The notes below the pieces were generated by a model, which ran no database searches, had not been told where the DNA came from, and saw nothing but the letters and a program-made list of their open reading frames with translations. A stretch of 64,000 nt of DNA from Squalus acanthias (taxonomy: Eukaryota): positions 14,324,001 through 14,388,000 of the forward strand of contig CM059433.1 of the NCBI GenBank assembly GCA_030390025.1. Direction: 5' to 3'. Below are positions 61,931 to 64,000 of the stretch, piece by piece; the stretch's first letter is position 1; every line of letters starts with the position of its first letter. The position numbers were made by a program, and so were the translations under genes.

Positions 61931-62337
61931 TAAAGTGGGGCTCATCCGGGATACCAGCGGAACCCGCATAGAATTTCCACCCCATCAAGTACACCCCTGG
62001 TACTACTAATACTATTACTGCTACTACTACTACCATCACCATTACTACCATTAAAATGTTGTCATTTTGTTAATTTTCGGTTTTCAACAGACCAACCAGC
62101 TCTCAATAGTTATGCTGGTACTTTTCTGCCATCACTTCCCCTTGTTCAAGATGGCAGTCTCCTCCCACCACTCCCATTCAGGTTAGCACTCTACTTCCTC
62201 CCTTCATTTAAAGATAACACTCTCCTTTCCCAATCTCAATGTACTACTCCTGGCTTCTTCCCTCTACCCAACCCTCAAAAACTACTGTTCCTTGCTTCTC
62301 TACTCTTTATCTGCCTTGAGCACCTACTTTTTCCAGG

Positions 62338-62743
62338 GACTTGAACGCATAAAGCTAGGCTGACACTCCAGTGCAGTGCTGAGGGAGTGCTGCATTGTCG
62401 GAGGTGCCGTCTTTCGGATGAGACATTAAACCGAGGCCCCGTCTGCTCTCTCAGGTGGATGTGAAAGATCCCATGGCACTATTTCAAAGAAGAGCAGGGG
62501 AGTTAGCCCCAGTATCCTGGCCAATATTTATCCCTCAATCAACATAACAAAAACAGATTATCTGGTCATTATCATATTGCTATTTGTGGGAGCTTGCTGT
62601 GCGCAGATTGGCTGCCGTGTTTCCCACATTACAATAGTGACTACACTCCAAAAGTACCTCATTGACTGTAAAGAGCTTTGAGACATCCGGTGGTCGTGAA
62701 AGGCGCTATATAAATGCAAGTCTTTCTTTCTTTCTTTCTTTCT
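62338..62743 (+). mobile_element. Deu-type SINE lacking the tRNA head
   Basis: Matches 11725-12110; (TTTC)n tail. Confidence 0.88.
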
Positions 62744-62994
62744 CTCCTCCCACGCATTACTCTTCTATTTCCTCATCTTCCTACCTTCCTCAATGCCACT
62801 CTGAAATTCCTACCTGATTCAGTCCGGTGCTGCTGTCAGGTATGCAGATTGCTGCATACTGTGAGTGGGAATTCTGGCAACACCGTAATTTGCCACCCGC
62901 AGTGCGCAATGGCCAGAATTACAGCTGCACCAACAGGACTTTACGCGGCAGCCTTGCTCCGCTTTCTGCTGACAGACAATCCTGATAACATAAC

Positions 62995-63193
62995 ACTGAC
63001 CGCTGTCCAGCGACCCTGGTGGAAGTGCACATGTCTGGGCCTTAGGTGGGGACAGGATTGCCTCGGTCGTAACTCTCCTGATGTAATAGTATCGGGACAC
63101 TCGCTGACAAGATTCCTGCATAAATAATGGGATATTTGGCAAGATACCAGATGGTGATGGGCACCTAGGGAACTGTAACCCAGCAAGACTCAA
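62995..63193 (+). mobile_element. LF-SINE-like relic (3' half)
   Basis: GCTGTCCAGCGACCCTGGTGGAAGTG..GGGGACAGGATTG..GACACTCGCTG..GGAACTGTAACCCAGCAAGA; recalled similarity. Confidence 0.5.
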
Positions 63194-63194
63194 T

Positions 63195-63327
63195 GGCGTA
63201 GATTTTCAACTTGCCACTTAGTTGTAAAACTGGCGTTGTGGCTCGACTGCCCATCACAGAAACCCTCTTATTTTAATTTCCATTGATTTCACTAGAGATG
63301 AAAATTGGCAAGTTGAAAACTTGCCCC
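63195..63327. mobile_element. Palindromic-family MITE derivative
   Basis: TTTTCAACTTGCCA/TGGCAAGTTGAAAA terminal arms; TTTCCATTGATTTCA core. Confidence 0.55.
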
Positions 63328-63770
63328 AGTATGTCCAGGAGAAAGAGGAAAGGGGGGAGGAGATTGGTAAGTGAAAAAATCCAGCTCATTCAGCTAAGAT
63401 TCTCAGGCAGCGTGTATCCCGTTTCCATGGAAACACTCAGAACCCAGTATTTGAATACAGCATTAGAGACCATTTTAAAAAACCGACTCGAGCATATTAT
63501 TTTCTAAAAATATTTTTTTTTTTTAGAAATTAGAAAAATAGATGAAGGTCCTTCAATTGTATTGATTTTATCTTCTCATAGTTCCTGCTATGTGAAAGCA
63601 ACAATAGTGTCATCCTTCCCAGCTTCACCATTTAAGTCAGAGTCCATCCTTAACACAGGTAGAAACTTATCTACACCTGTTATTGAATACAGTTCATAAA
63701 TGGAACTTTAGAAGAACGATGTTGTTGATGAAATTTGGAAGAATGACCTTTGACACGAAGCACTGAGTAC

Positions 63771-64000
63771 AAAAGCAAAATACTGCAGGTGCTGCAAATC
63801 TGAAATAAAAACAGAAAATGCTGGAAATACTCAGCAGGTCAGGGAGTATCTGTGGAGAGAGAAACAGAGTTCACGTTTCAGGTCAATGACCTTTCGTCAG
63901 AACTGGAAAAAGTTAGGGATGTAACAGGTTTTAAGCAAGTGCAGGGGCAGGGAAAGGGAGGAGGGGGAGAAGAAACAAAAGGGAAGGTCTGTGACAGGGC
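63771..64000 (-). mobile_element. End of a second Penelope-like family carrying a hammerhead motif (63868-63904)
   Basis: Minus strand AGUU-CUGACGA-A-AGGUC(AUU)GACCU-GAAACGUG-AACU; runs off the window. Confidence 0.6.

Noticed and set aside
63588..63707. Possible minus-strand terminal exon (SIYELYSITGVDKFLPVLRMDSDLNGEAGKDDTIVAFT*)
   Set aside because: Weak acceptor and no recognisable homology; would need RNA-seq or tBLASTn support.

Overview
Repeat-dense vertebrate genomic DNA with no host protein-coding exon that I can support. The repeat families (tRNA/Deu-type SINEs with L2 tails, LF-SINE-like relics, CR1 LINEs with an esterase ORF1, Penelope-type termini) point to a cartilaginous fish such as a shark; this is inference from recalled repeat families. 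Main contents: (1) a near full-length but mutated CR1 LINE (about 2033-6264) plus many CR1/L2 fragments; (2) a 4.1-kb PIF/Harbinger DNA transposon (7399-11499) with an intact intronless DDE transposase and a convergent 3-exon Myb/MADF-like gene, nested inside an older MITE, plus about ten Harbinger-type non-autonomous elements, several with clear 3-bp TSDs; (3) three copies of one Mag-like Ty3/Gypsy family with about 120-bp LTRs, a tRNA-Ser PBS and 5-bp TSDs: one chimeric with a micro-inverted PPT, one heavily deleted, one 3'-truncated; (4) a Penelope-like insertion with two head-to-head minimal hammerhead ribozyme motifs, and a second Penelope-type end with another hammerhead motif; (5) a 1.64-kb solo LTR. 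Coordinates given with TSDs were counted base by base; edges of degraded fragments are approximate.
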